In this document: positions 1 to 8,498 of the stretch, piece by piece | Position numbering within the stretch: position 1 is the stretch's first letter | Layout of the letters: each line of letters starts with the position of its first letter | Assembly: GCA_007376385.1 (NCBI GenBank) | Contig: VMGC01000005.1 | Span: 1 to 64,000 of the forward strand | DNA: 64,000 nucleotides | DNA from: Parcubacteria group bacterium Gr01-1014_8 | Lineage (GTDB): Bacteria; Patescibacteriota; Minisyncoccia; Phycocordibacterales; UBA2100 | Direction of reading: 5' to 3' | Notes under the pieces: model-generated | The model's database searches: none | What the model saw: only the letters and a program-made list of their open reading frames with translations | Told to the model about the DNA's origin: nothing | Program-made: the position numbers and the translations under genes

Positions 1-185
1 GCAGAACGTCCGCATGAGTCGCTCTCGCTGCGATCTCCGCTTCAATGTATCATTGCTGCATTACCGGCACGAGAGTGCCAAATGTACTGGACCCGTACAC
101 TTGCTTGACAATAATTGCGTTAGGGTGCATAAAGCCACATAAGGGAAACCAGCGCAATTACACTATAATAAATAATTGCCTGGAC

Positions 186-1565
186 ATGAAAGTTATGCAG
201 AATGTGTGCCTTGCAGCGGGTGCGAGCGTGATATTGCTCGCAGCTGTTTTTCTTGTATCGGTAACATTGCCGCTTGCAGTTTCGTATCATGATGGAGTCT
301 TTGCATTTAATTCTACACAAATAGCGGGAGCGAGTGGAGACGGCTCAGGAGATGGAAGCGGTGATGGTTCGGGTGACGGCAGTGGAGACGGCTCGGGAGA
401 CGGTTCCGGCGATTCAAGCGGCGACAGTGGTGGGGATTCAGGAGGAGACAGCGCAGGTGATTCTGGTGGGGATAGCGGTGGGGATAGCGGTGGGTGTTGC
501 GGTGATTCCGGGGGTGATTCAGGATGTTGTGGCGATTCCAGCGGCGACAGTTCAGGTGATTCAACCGGAGATTCTACAGGTGACAGTACAGGCGGCTGTT
601 GCGACGGGGGCGGCTACGAACAGGCTTCTTACTACGGACAGGCACAATACTATTCACAGCCGCACTACTACTCACAAGGAGACTACTATTCCGAGGCCGG
701 ATATTACTCACAAGGCGACTATTATTCTGAAAGTCACTACTACTCACAAGGAGACTACTATTCCGAATCGAGCTATTACGCCGAACCTTCGTACTACTCG
801 CAAGGTCACTACTACTCACAGGGGTCGTACTGCGACGATGACAGCAGTGGGGATTCTTCAGGTGGAGATGGAGGAGACGGATGCTACTCGCAATCAAGCT
901 ACTACACCCAGCCTGGATATTATGATCAGGGAAGCTATTACAATCAGGGCAACTATTACAACCAGGGTAGCTACCACTCGCAGTCCTACTATCAGAGCTA
1001 CTATGACCGTGACGAACCGACGTGTTGGATAGAAATTGATTCAGACAACTATTGGTACGATAACTACAACTACGATTACTATTACGACCAGAATTATGGA
1101 AATCAGTCAGCGTCGCTTCGCTGGGGCTCATCCTACGCGACGTCTGCGGATCTGACAGACGTAGGCTCAGTCCCAACGAGTGGATCTCGAACAGTGTATC
1201 CAAACGGACCACGAACATACACGCTGACCGTATATGGCTCAGGAGGTTCGGACACGTGCAGCGCGTATTTCACGCCGCATCACGCTTCTCCGCCAGTAGT
1301 TCACAACGCACCGTATGTTGCTCTCACACAGATCCCATACACTGGATTTGGACTCGGACCAGTAGGGGATACATTCGCTTGGTTCTCCTTGGTGAGCGCA
1401 GCGTTCGCAGGTGCGGTCGCAGTGATGCATCTTAAAGGGCCCGGCATGGCGTTCGCCATAGGCTCGCTTATTCCGCAGATCCCTTCATTTAAACTTCCGA
1501 GTTTCGGGGCAAAAACTAAGCCTAGAAAGCGTCTCGTGTTGCCTGGGCAGAGGGAGGAGGAATAG
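186..1565 (+). CDS. Secreted/cell-surface low-complexity repeat protein. Signal peptide MKVMQNVCLAAGASVILLAAVFLVSV, (SGDG)n repeats, CC-pairs, YYSQ-type Tyr-rich decapeptide repeats, a ~90-aa conserved Cys-containing domain, then IPYTG + hydrophobic segment + basic tail (sortase-like sorting signal).
   Basis: ORF 45..1565. Internal ATG at 186 precedes a signal-peptide-like segment. Repeats read directly from the translation. C-terminal domain shared with the ORF at 1739..2437. Confidence 0.6.
   Translation: MKVMQNVCLAAGASVILLAAVFLVSVTLPLAVSYHDGVFAFNSTQIAGASGDGSGDGSGDGSGDGSGDGSGDGSGDSSGDSGGDSGGDSAGDSGGDSGGDSGGCCGDSGGDSGCCGDSSGDSSGDSTGDSTGDSTGGCCDGGGYEQASYYGQAQYYSQPHYYSQGDYYSEAGYYSQGDYYSESHYYSQGDYYSESSYYAEPSYYSQGHYYSQGSYCDDDSSGDSSGGDGGDGCYSQSSYYTQPGYYDQGSYYNQGNYYNQGSYHSQSYYQSYYDRDEPTCWIEIDSDNYWYDNYNYDYYYDQNYGNQSASLRWGSSYATSADLTDVGSVPTSGSRTVYPNGPRTYTLTVYGSGGSDTCSAYFTPHHASPPVVHNAPYVALTQIPYTGFGLGPVGDTFAWFSLVSAAFAGAVAVMHLKGPGMAFAIGSLIPQIPSFKLPSFGAKTKPRKRLVLPGQREEE
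337..600 (+). repeat. Tandem 12-nt coding repeats (ggagacggctca-like) encoding (SGDG)n / (GGDS)n
   Basis: Direct reading of nucleotide and protein sequence. Likely length-variable. Confidence 0.7.
630..840 (+). repeat. Tandem ~30-nt coding repeats encoding YYSQ-x-x-YYSE decapeptides
   Basis: QAQYYSQPHYYSQGDYYSEAGYYSQGDYYSESHYYSQGDYYSESSYY... in translation. Confidence 0.6.
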
Positions 1566-1738
1566 AGGCCCTGGAACCGGCCTTTGCCTGCTTTTCTGAG
1601 CAAAAAGGGGCTAACCTCGTCAGCACTTGCATTTTTCTAGAATCGTTGTACTGTGCTCGGAGATGTTCAAATATGTGCCACCCCTATGGTGCTATTATTA
1701 AAAGTATTACTCGCTTGGAGGGAAACCAGCGAACACGT

Positions 1739-2437
1739 ATGAATAAAGAAAAACTAGTCTTGAGAGTACGGAATCGCTCGATAGAGGCGATGATGGCCGT
1801 CGCGCTTTTTTGCGCAGTGTTTGCCGTTACTCCTTTCGCATCTGCGAGCGGCTCCGATTATTATTACGACAATAATTACTATCAGGGCTCGTACAACGAT
1901 AATTACTACAATTACGGTAATTACAATTACAACAAGCCTACGTGCTCGATGACACTCACGTATGGTACTCCACGTACGTCGCAGAATTACAATTCGATCT
2001 ACGACGAACCTGCAACCTTGAGTTGGACCACGTCGTATGCGAATTCAGCATACATTTCTCCAGACGTTGGGTCTGTGGGAATCAGCGGTTCACGCATCGT
2101 ATATCCGCGAGGAAACCAAACCTACACGATGCGCGTGAACGGCTCATGGGGCGAAGGAAATTGTCAGGTAACTGCGGTTCATCCGTACGCGTCTGTCTAC
2201 AACAGCTTCTACCATTCGCAGCCCTACGTTCAGCCGTACAATTACGGATACACGTATCCTGCAGTGCCAGCGGTATCGTATGTAGCGCTCAAACAGATGC
2301 CATACACTGGCGTCGGCTTCGGACCTATGGGTACAGCGATGTTGTGGCTCTCAATCATTCTTCTTGGCGCAGTAGGCGCAGGAGCGATCGCAACACGAAA
2401 CGAAACCCTTCGAAAGCTCGTTTTCTTGCGCGGCTAA
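1739..2437 (+). CDS. Paralog of the upstream surface protein: signal peptide (…AVTPFASA), Tyr/Asn-rich region, the same conserved Cys domain (KPTC…SWTTSYANSA…DVGSV…SGSR.VYP.G.TYT), MPYTG + TM + basic tail.
   Basis: ORF 1646..2437. Start moved to ATG 1739, which has GGAGG 8 nt upstream. Domain alignment to gene 1 done by eye. Confidence 0.6.
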   Translation: MNKEKLVLRVRNRSIEAMMAVALFCAVFAVTPFASASGSDYYYDNNYYQGSYNDNYYNYGNYNYNKPTCSMTLTYGTPRTSQNYNSIYDEPATLSWTTSYANSAYISPDVGSVGISGSRIVYPRGNQTYTMRVNGSWGEGNCQVTAVHPYASVYNSFYHSQPYVQPYNYGYTYPAVPAVSYVALKQMPYTGVGFGPMGTAMLWLSIILLGAVGAGAIATRNETLRKLVFLRG

Positions 2438-3681
2438 ACGCTTCCACGCGAGCGAATTTCTTCCCTGATGCGTGATAGGAACTCCTCGCACTTTTGTGCG
2501 GGGAGTTTTCCTTTATCGCGGCTCTCCACGGTGATTGTCTGTGAATTCACTTCTTCGTCGCCAACGACGACAAGGTAGGGAATTTTCTCGACTTTTCCGG
2601 CACGAATGCGTTTGCCCAGAGTTTCTGCGGAATCGTCCATTTCGGCGCGGATCCTTTCATTCTTCAACATCGAGACTATTTCTTTTCCGTATGCAGCTTG
2701 TTTTTCTGAAACCGGAAGGACTCTAACCTGGATTGGAGAGAGCCAGAGAGGGAACGCTCCAGCATATTTCTCTATGAGGAATGCCATGATGCGCTCGATG
2801 GCGCCGATGGATGAGCGATGCACGACGAATGCGCGCTTCTTCGAACCGTCTGAGGCGACGTAGGTCAGGTCAAATCTGTCGGGCATGCAGAAGTCATATT
2901 GAACAGTGAACGCGGTATCTTCTTTGCCGTTGGCGTTCTTCATCTGCACGTCTATCTTTGGCCCATAGAATGCGGCCTCGTCCTTGGCTTCGATGTATTT
3001 TCCATCTCTTTTTTCCAATACCTCGCGCAGGAGTTTCTCGCTTTTTTCCCACGCAGCGTCGTTCTTGTAGTACTTTACTGTATTCGAAACGTCGCCCAAA
3101 GAAAGACGATAGCGATAGTCTTTTCCGTACGAAAGCCCGAAGACGCCCGCAATGTATTCGATGAGATTGAGGGCCTGACTCACTTCTTCTGCAGCCTGTT
3201 CTTCGCTGGCGCATACGATGTGAGCGTCAGCCAAGCAGAACGTGCGAACTCTCTGCAGTCCCATCAACTCGCCGGATTGTTCGTAACGGTACAATTGCGC
3301 AAGTTCGGCAATGCGCATCGGGAGTTCTCGATAACTTCGAGGTTTCGAGAGATAGAGTTCAAAGTGGTGCGGGCAGGTCATCGGGCGGAGCATGAATTCG
3401 TCGTCGTCAGTGACTATTGGGGGGTACATTGAGTCTTTGTAGTGAGGGTAGTGCCCAGACTTTTTGTAGAGGTCTAGTTTTGCGATATCAGGGGTTTTCA
3501 CGTGCATATAGCCGCGCTTTATTTCCTCATCAATGACGAATCTCTCGAGTTCGCGGTAGATTGCCGCTCCCTTTTCGGTGAAGAGGGGAAGTCCTTTCCC
3601 TACCGTGTCCGAAAATGTGAAAAGGTCCAGCTCGCGTCCAAGCTTTTTGTGATCTCTCTCGCTCATCTCGTTGTCTGCCAT
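2434..3681 (-). CDS. thrS: Threonyl-tRNA synthetase, short form (class II catalytic core + anticodon-binding domain; no N-terminal TGS/editing domain)
   Basis: Class II aaRS motifs and ThrRS-like core (…FMLRPMTCPHH…, …HRSSIGAIERIMAFLIE…). Start taken at MADNEMSER (ATG 3681). Confidence 0.8.
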   Translation of the reverse strand: MADNEMSERDHKKLGRELDLFTFSDTVGKGLPLFTEKGAAIYRELERFVIDEEIKRGYMHVKTPDIAKLDLYKKSGHYPHYKDSMYPPIVTDDDEFMLRPMTCPHHFELYLSKPRSYRELPMRIAELAQLYRYEQSGELMGLQRVRTFCLADAHIVCASEEQAAEEVSQALNLIEYIAGVFGLSYGKDYRYRLSLGDVSNTVKYYKNDAAWEKSEKLLREVLEKRDGKYIEAKDEAAFYGPKIDVQMKNANGKEDTAFTVQYDFCMPDRFDLTYVASDGSKKRAFVVHRSSIGAIERIMAFLIEKYAGAFPLWLSPIQVRVLPVSEKQAAYGKEIVSMLKNERIRAEMDDSAETLGKRIRAGKVEKIPYLVVVGDEEVNSQTITVESRDKGKLPAQKCEEFLSRIREEIRSRGSV

Positions 3682-3689
3682 ATATAAAA

Positions 3690-3905
3690 TGTATGTAACT
3701 AAAAATGCCCAAGCGAACGTACGATTTTTATCTCGTACACTCGCTAGGGCGATCTCGGACCGCGGTTCCACCTAGCTTTCCGCCGTTTGGCGGACACTTC
3801 TTCAACGGTCAGATTAGGCTTTCGCTCGCGCTCTCGCGCATTCCCGGTTGGTAGCCGAGACAATCTCTAACTCCACCATCGTAACGCGGCTTATCTTTGC
3901 GGTCA
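3690..3905 (-). promoter_or_regulatory. Putative T-box riboswitch leader (Thr specifier ACC) upstream of thrS
   Basis: Minus-strand AGGTGGAACCGCGG at 3759..3772 matches the T-box core (A)GGGUGGNACCGCGG. Upstream AGAGA (S-turn-like) and a candidate specifier ...GGCUACCAACCGG... Stem-loops follow. Confidence 0.45.
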
Positions 3906-3907
3906 AC

Positions 3908-3932
3908 ATGACCGACATCGTATGTCGGTCAT
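3908..3932. repeat. REP palindrome ATGACCGACATCGTATGTCGGTCAT
   Basis: Perfect hairpin-forming palindrome immediately 3' of the RAYT gene. Confidence 0.7.
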
Positions 3933-4582
3933 TCCAACGTGAAAGGGCGAACCTCTGCAATCTCTATATCTTTCAAGTATCGAGCAGTGTCGTTCTTGAT
4001 AGCGCCAGGTTTTTCCTGAAAAAAATCTGTCGTCAGAACAGATGGAAAATTCTTTTCCCCGGAATAATCCAAGTAACTACTCCAGCGGTATGTATCCAAA
4101 TGTTTCAGTGCGGCTGTCGTGCTACCTATGTTGCGGTTTCGCCAGTCTCGAGCAGTTTGCAGATAATCCAGTGGATTGAGATGGACATAGTGCAGAATGT
4201 GAAGGTAATGCGCATCAGATGTAATTCGAATTTTCTTAGTTCTTCCCTGAAACAAGTAACCGTTCCGTTTATAGCGTTGATTGAAGTATTTCGCGTAGCC
4301 TACATTAAGTTTTCGAACAAAAAGCGATAATCCTTTCTCGATCTGTTCTGTAAGCAGAAGGTGATAGTGATTCTTCATCAGGCACCAGCCGTGAATATCA
4401 ACAATTCGCTTTCTCGATGACGGACCTACGAAGTCTGCCGTTTCTTTGCGTCGCCTTGTATTTTCTGCTGGTTTCGTATCGTTAAATTCGTACATGTCAT
4501 GAACGAATCTGGCATAATCGAGTGTATCCAAAAAGATATTCTTTTTCTCAACCCCTCGATTAAGTACGTGATACAGCTCCAT
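3929..4582 (-). CDS. REP-associated tyrosine transposase (RAYT; IS200-like Y1 HUH family, COG1943-like)
   Basis: N-terminal YHVLNRG...IF.D..D...F, HUH motif GWCLMKNHYHLLL, Tyr motif YAKYFNQRYKRNGYLFQGRTK. Flanked by REP palindromes. Confidence 0.8.
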   Translation of the reverse strand: MELYHVLNRGVEKKNIFLDTLDYARFVHDMYEFNDTKPAENTRRRKETADFVGPSSRKRIVDIHGWCLMKNHYHLLLTEQIEKGLSLFVRKLNVGYAKYFNQRYKRNGYLFQGRTKKIRITSDAHYLHILHYVHLNPLDYLQTARDWRNRNIGSTTAALKHLDTYRWSSYLDYSGEKNFPSVLTTDFFQEKPGAIKNDTARYLKDIEIAEVRPFTLE

Positions 4583-4590
4583 GCTGCAAG

Positions 4591-4712
4591 TATGACCGAC
4601 ATACGATGTCGGTCATAGAGGGTTATCCACTCGGGGTTACTGCTCCCAATGATTCGACTTACAATGTTCGACTTACGATGTCGGTCACTAGATGTCGGTC
4701 ACTACTACATTT
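4591..4712. repeat. REP cluster: one full REP (TATGACCGACATACGATGTCGGTCATA, 4591..4617) plus degenerate REP units (…CGACTTACGATGTCGGTCACTAGATGTCGGTCAC…)
   Basis: Direct sequence comparison with the REP at 3908. Confidence 0.7.
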
Positions 4713-5232
4713 CTAAAACCCGCATGAGCGCGTCAATACGTGTAATGTATTGTGTCTGCAAATTGATGTCTTTGAAGACGTCCGGTGTGACAAGCTCACC
4801 ACGCTGCAGCTTTTGTAAATCGTTTTGCGCTTTTGTAAGCGTCGCGATTGTCTTTTCCTTGAGTTTAGAAAAGACAGCTTCTGACATAAGTGGTCGAGCC
4901 ATGTATGTGTCAAAAGCGTGAAGTATATTATCCCCCGCTATGTCCTCATTTCCTTTCCATTTCAACAATTCTTCAATGCCTGTTTCCACAACCTTTCTTG
5001 CCAAATCTCTATCGGTGCCATGCGTGTTCTCGTCGAGCAACATCTTTTTTGCTTTTTCAGTAAGGACAAGGAGTGTTTCGCCGCCTGGGTAATCTCCGCC
5101 ATAGGAGTCTCTCGCTTTTATCATTTGTTGTGCGAGTCGCTGTGCTCTTTCGTCCCGGAATCCTTCCCAGTCGTTGCTTCCGCGTCTCTCTATCTCCTGC
5201 ATGTCGCCATTATAACGCTTTGGCGCGGTCAA
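4705..5232 (-). CDS. Hypothetical protein (175 aa). Alternative start at MQEIERRG (5202), which is preceded by TATAAT.
   Basis: ORF only; no recognisable domain. Confidence 0.35.
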   Translation of the reverse strand: MTAPKRYNGDMQEIERRGSNDWEGFRDERAQRLAQQMIKARDSYGGDYPGGETLLVLTEKAKKMLLDENTHGTDRDLARKVVETGIEELLKWKGNEDIAGDNILHAFDTYMARPLMSEAVFSKLKEKTIATLTKAQNDLQKLQRGELVTPDVFKDINLQTQYITRIDALMRVLEM

Positions 5233-8200
5233 CCACGAAACTCGTCTCGCCGTTGCGGTTTGAGAATTTGCCTTTCAGCATGACGCAGGAGCCGGGGGTA
5301 AAGAGCGAGCTGTTTTCTTGGAGCGTGCGCGGAAATGCCACTATCTCAACGCCGCCGGAAAAATCGGCAAGTTTTGCGAACACCATCTTTTCGCCGTTCT
5401 TTGTGAGGATGGACTGCACAGTCTCGAAGAATCCCGCGATGACCGTTTCGACGCCGTGGGGCATCTTTTCCCGCGCTTCTTTAAGGTTCATCTTTTGCCT
5501 CGCAAGCTTCTCCTTGTGTTTATCCAAGGGGTGGCCGGACACATAAAAACCGAGGAGTTCCTTTTCCCATGCCAATTTTTCTTCAATGCTTGCCGCCTCC
5601 TTTGAAACGAGAGGAAGTTCCCGCGAAATCGTCGCCGACTCCGCGCCGAAGAGCGAGCCCTGGTCAACGGGCGCGCTCAGGCTTTCTCGATGATACAAAA
5701 GAAGCATGTCAATATTTCCAAGGAGCGTATTCCTCTCGCCGAACTCGTCCAGTGCTCCCGACATGATGAGCGATTCAAGTGATTTCTTATTCAAATTCCT
5801 GTCGGTTATGCGAATGAGAAAATCGCCGATGGAGACATAGCGGCCATTTTTCTCGCGTTCTGAAATAATGGAATCAGAGACACCCGTGCCGAAGTTTTTT
5901 ATGGAGTAGAGGCCAAAACGTATGGTCGAATGGTCCGTTACGGTAAATGTACCTCGACTTTCATTTACCGACGGCGGCTGTACCGCGAGCCCCATGCGGG
6001 AACATTCGACAACAACTTCGGCTATCTTTTCAACATCCCCAGCGTCCGCAGTGAGTACTGCTGCCATGTAATCGACCGGGTAGTTTGCTTTCATGTAGGC
6101 TGTCTTGTACGCAAGATTTCCGTACGAAGCGGCGTGTGCTCGTCCGAATCCATACGCCGCAAACGTCTCGATCTGTTCCCACAATTTTTGTGCGGCAGTC
6201 GGGGACATGCCATTTTTTATAGCTCCCTTTGTAAGGGTTTCTTTTTGCGCCGCCATTTCTTTGGGAATCTTCTTCCCCATCGCCTTTCGTAATTTGTCGG
6301 CCTCGAGCCACGTGTAGCCCGCAAGTTTTATGGCGATCTCGAGTACATCGTCCTGGTAGACGATAACGCCGTAACCGTTTTTGAGAATTGGCTCCATTCG
6401 TGGGTCGAGATATTTGACGAGCGTTGGATTGTGCTTTCGTTCAATGTACGCGGGAATGAAGGCCATCGGACCGGGGCGGTAGAGGGCGACCATCGCGTTT
6501 ATGTCGTGTATGGTCGAGGGTTTTAGCTCCATTAAATAGTTTGTCATACCACCGCCGGCGAGTTGGAATACGCCGAGTGTTTCACCACGCGAGAGCATTG
6601 AATAGGTTGCAGGGTCATCGAGGGGAATTCTATCGAGGTTGAGGAGTGTGCCGAAACGCTCCTTGACGCGCTGTACCGAGTCGGCAAGGACAGATAGGTT
6701 TGTGAGCCCGAGAAAGTCGAATTTTAAGAGGCCTGCGTCTTCGACGGCATACATGTCGTACTGAGTGATGGTTTTGCCTCCTTTTGGGTCAAGCTGGACT
6801 GGGACGAAATCAGTGACTTTACCGGGCGCAATAACAACGCCCGCCGCATGGACGCCAACGTGCCGCGCGTTGCCCTCGACTCTCTTTGCAAGATCGATGA
6901 TCTCGCGTGCATCCGCGTCTTTTTTGTATGCCTCTTTTAGTTCGGGGATGCTCCCTAGCGAACTGTCGATGGTAACGGGGAAGCCCTGCTTCCCGAAGGG
7001 TATCATCTTTGCGATCCTGTCCCCCGTTCCGTACGAATGGCCAAGCGCTCGCGCAACATCCCGCACTGCAGCGCGGGCGAGCATTGTGCCGAATGTTCCT
7101 ATCTGTGCGACGTGGTCCTCTCCGTATTTGTTGCGCACGTAGTCGATGAGTTCATCGCGTCTGTTATCCGCGAGGTCCATATCAATATCGGGAGCAGAAG
7201 GCCGTTCCGGATTCAAAAATCTCTCGAAGGGGAGTTGATACTCGATAGGATTTACCGTTGTTATGCCGCACAGGAAGGAGACCAATGAGCCCGCTGCCGA
7301 CCCCCTCGTGTTCGTATATATACCGACGTCGCGCGCGTGACGGAGGAGATCTGCAACAACGAGGAAATACGGCGAGTATCCCTTGCTGGCTATGACGGAA
7401 AGCTCATAGTCAACTCGTTCGACAAGTGCAGAGGTTTGCGCGATCCCTCGTTCGGTGAAACCCGCATATGCGAGGGCGCGAAGCTCCGTGTCGTGCGATG
7501 AATGAGGGGGGATGGGAAAATCGGGAAATACCCATCGGCCGAGCTCGAGTTCAACATTGCATGCATCAGCGATCTTTTTGGAATTTTCCAGCGCCTCAGG
7601 GATATCAGCGAATAGTTTTTGTGCGCGTGCTTTGGTGATGAACGAGAAATCATGTGCGTTCTCTTCGAACTCGCGGTTCAGCGTACGGCCAGTGCGGATG
7701 TTGTTCACGAGTTCGCGTGCTAAGGCGTCGTCTTTCTTGAGGTAGTAGCACTCATGGGCAGCAACTGGCGCGATACCAGCCACACGGACGAGCTCGAGAA
7801 TGGATTTCATCGCCGCGTCATGCCCCTCTATTTCCGGGTGCCTGGTTATCTCGGCAAAGCAATCTGAACCGAATATCCCGCGATACCAAGCGCACGTTTG
7901 CTTCGCCTTGTCTTTAGCCCCGTCTTTCATTGCGCGGGCGTGCTCGCCCGAGTACGCGGGGAGTATCGCGATGAGCCCCCCTTTGTAGGTTTGGAGCAGT
8001 TCGTGATCTATCCGCGGACGATAGTAAAAGCCCTCAAGATGGGCGAGCGAGACCAGCTGAATAAGGCTTTTGTAGCCGGCGGGGTCCTTCGCGAGAAGAA
8101 CAAGCCGTGAATGTCTGTCATCCACGCGATGTTCTTTGTCATGTCTCGTTCTCGGAGCGACAAAAAAATCCACGCCAATAATGGGCTTGATTCCCTGTTC

Positions 8201-8386
8201 CTTGCATTCTTTATAGAAGTCGATAGCTGCATATAAGTTGCCGTTGTCGGTGAGCGCGAGTGCTTCTTGGCCATCCGCTTTGGCTGCCCCTACAAGCTCT
8301 GGGATCTTCGGAAGGGCCTCCAAGAGCGAGTAGTGACTATGGGTATGGAGGTGTACGAAATCTGCTGTCTCTGCACGCGTAGACAT
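5210..8386 (-). CDS. dnaE: DNA polymerase III alpha subunit (PHP domain + polymerase core)
   Basis: N-terminal PHP motif HLHTHSHYSLLEA; length 1058 aa; typical DnaE architecture. Confidence 0.9.
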   Translation of the reverse strand: MSTRAETADFVHLHTHSHYSLLEALPKIPELVGAAKADGQEALALTDNGNLYAAIDFYKECKEQGIKPIIGVDFFVAPRTRHDKEHRVDDRHSRLVLLAKDPAGYKSLIQLVSLAHLEGFYYRPRIDHELLQTYKGGLIAILPAYSGEHARAMKDGAKDKAKQTCAWYRGIFGSDCFAEITRHPEIEGHDAAMKSILELVRVAGIAPVAAHECYYLKKDDALARELVNNIRTGRTLNREFEENAHDFSFITKARAQKLFADIPEALENSKKIADACNVELELGRWVFPDFPIPPHSSHDTELRALAYAGFTERGIAQTSALVERVDYELSVIASKGYSPYFLVVADLLRHARDVGIYTNTRGSAAGSLVSFLCGITTVNPIEYQLPFERFLNPERPSAPDIDMDLADNRRDELIDYVRNKYGEDHVAQIGTFGTMLARAAVRDVARALGHSYGTGDRIAKMIPFGKQGFPVTIDSSLGSIPELKEAYKKDADAREIIDLAKRVEGNARHVGVHAAGVVIAPGKVTDFVPVQLDPKGGKTITQYDMYAVEDAGLLKFDFLGLTNLSVLADSVQRVKERFGTLLNLDRIPLDDPATYSMLSRGETLGVFQLAGGGMTNYLMELKPSTIHDINAMVALYRPGPMAFIPAYIERKHNPTLVKYLDPRMEPILKNGYGVIVYQDDVLEIAIKLAGYTWLEADKLRKAMGKKIPKEMAAQKETLTKGAIKNGMSPTAAQKLWEQIETFAAYGFGRAHAASYGNLAYKTAYMKANYPVDYMAAVLTADAGDVEKIAEVVVECSRMGLAVQPPSVNESRGTFTVTDHSTIRFGLYSIKNFGTGVSDSIISEREKNGRYVSIGDFLIRITDRNLNKKSLESLIMSGALDEFGERNTLLGNIDMLLLYHRESLSAPVDQGSLFGAESATISRELPLVSKEAASIEEKLAWEKELLGFYVSGHPLDKHKEKLARQKMNLKEAREKMPHGVETVIAGFFETVQSILTKNGEKMVFAKLADFSGGVEIVAFPRTLQENSSLFTPGSCVMLKGKFSNRNGETSFVVDRAKAL

Positions 8387-8394
8387 AGGAGCAG

Positions 8395-8498
8395 TATACC
8401 CCGTGAGATAAAATTAAATTTCGTTTATTCGTGAATTATTCGCCATGTATTCAGCCTAGATATGCATAAACCTGCCGAGTTTTATCTCATGGGGTATA
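8395..8498. repeat. IR element copy A: TATACCCCGTGAGATAAAA …69 nt… TTTTATCTCATGGGGTATA
   Basis: 17–19-bp inverted arms with a single G/T (G·U-compatible) mismatch. Sits between divergent dnaE and rnhB starts; the right arm contains an ATG. Confidence 0.6.

Noticed and set aside
337-840. Short tandem repeat arrays, possible CRISPR or VNTR
   Set aside because: Repeats are 12 and 30 nt, in-frame and coding (SGDG / YYSQ peptides). There are no spacers and no cas genes.
5190-5215. TTGACC…TATAAT as a canonical promoter for the 175-aa ORF
   Set aside because: The spacer between hexamers is only 12 nt. The TATAAT 8 nt before an in-frame ATG (5202) may still act as a leaderless -10; left as a note only.
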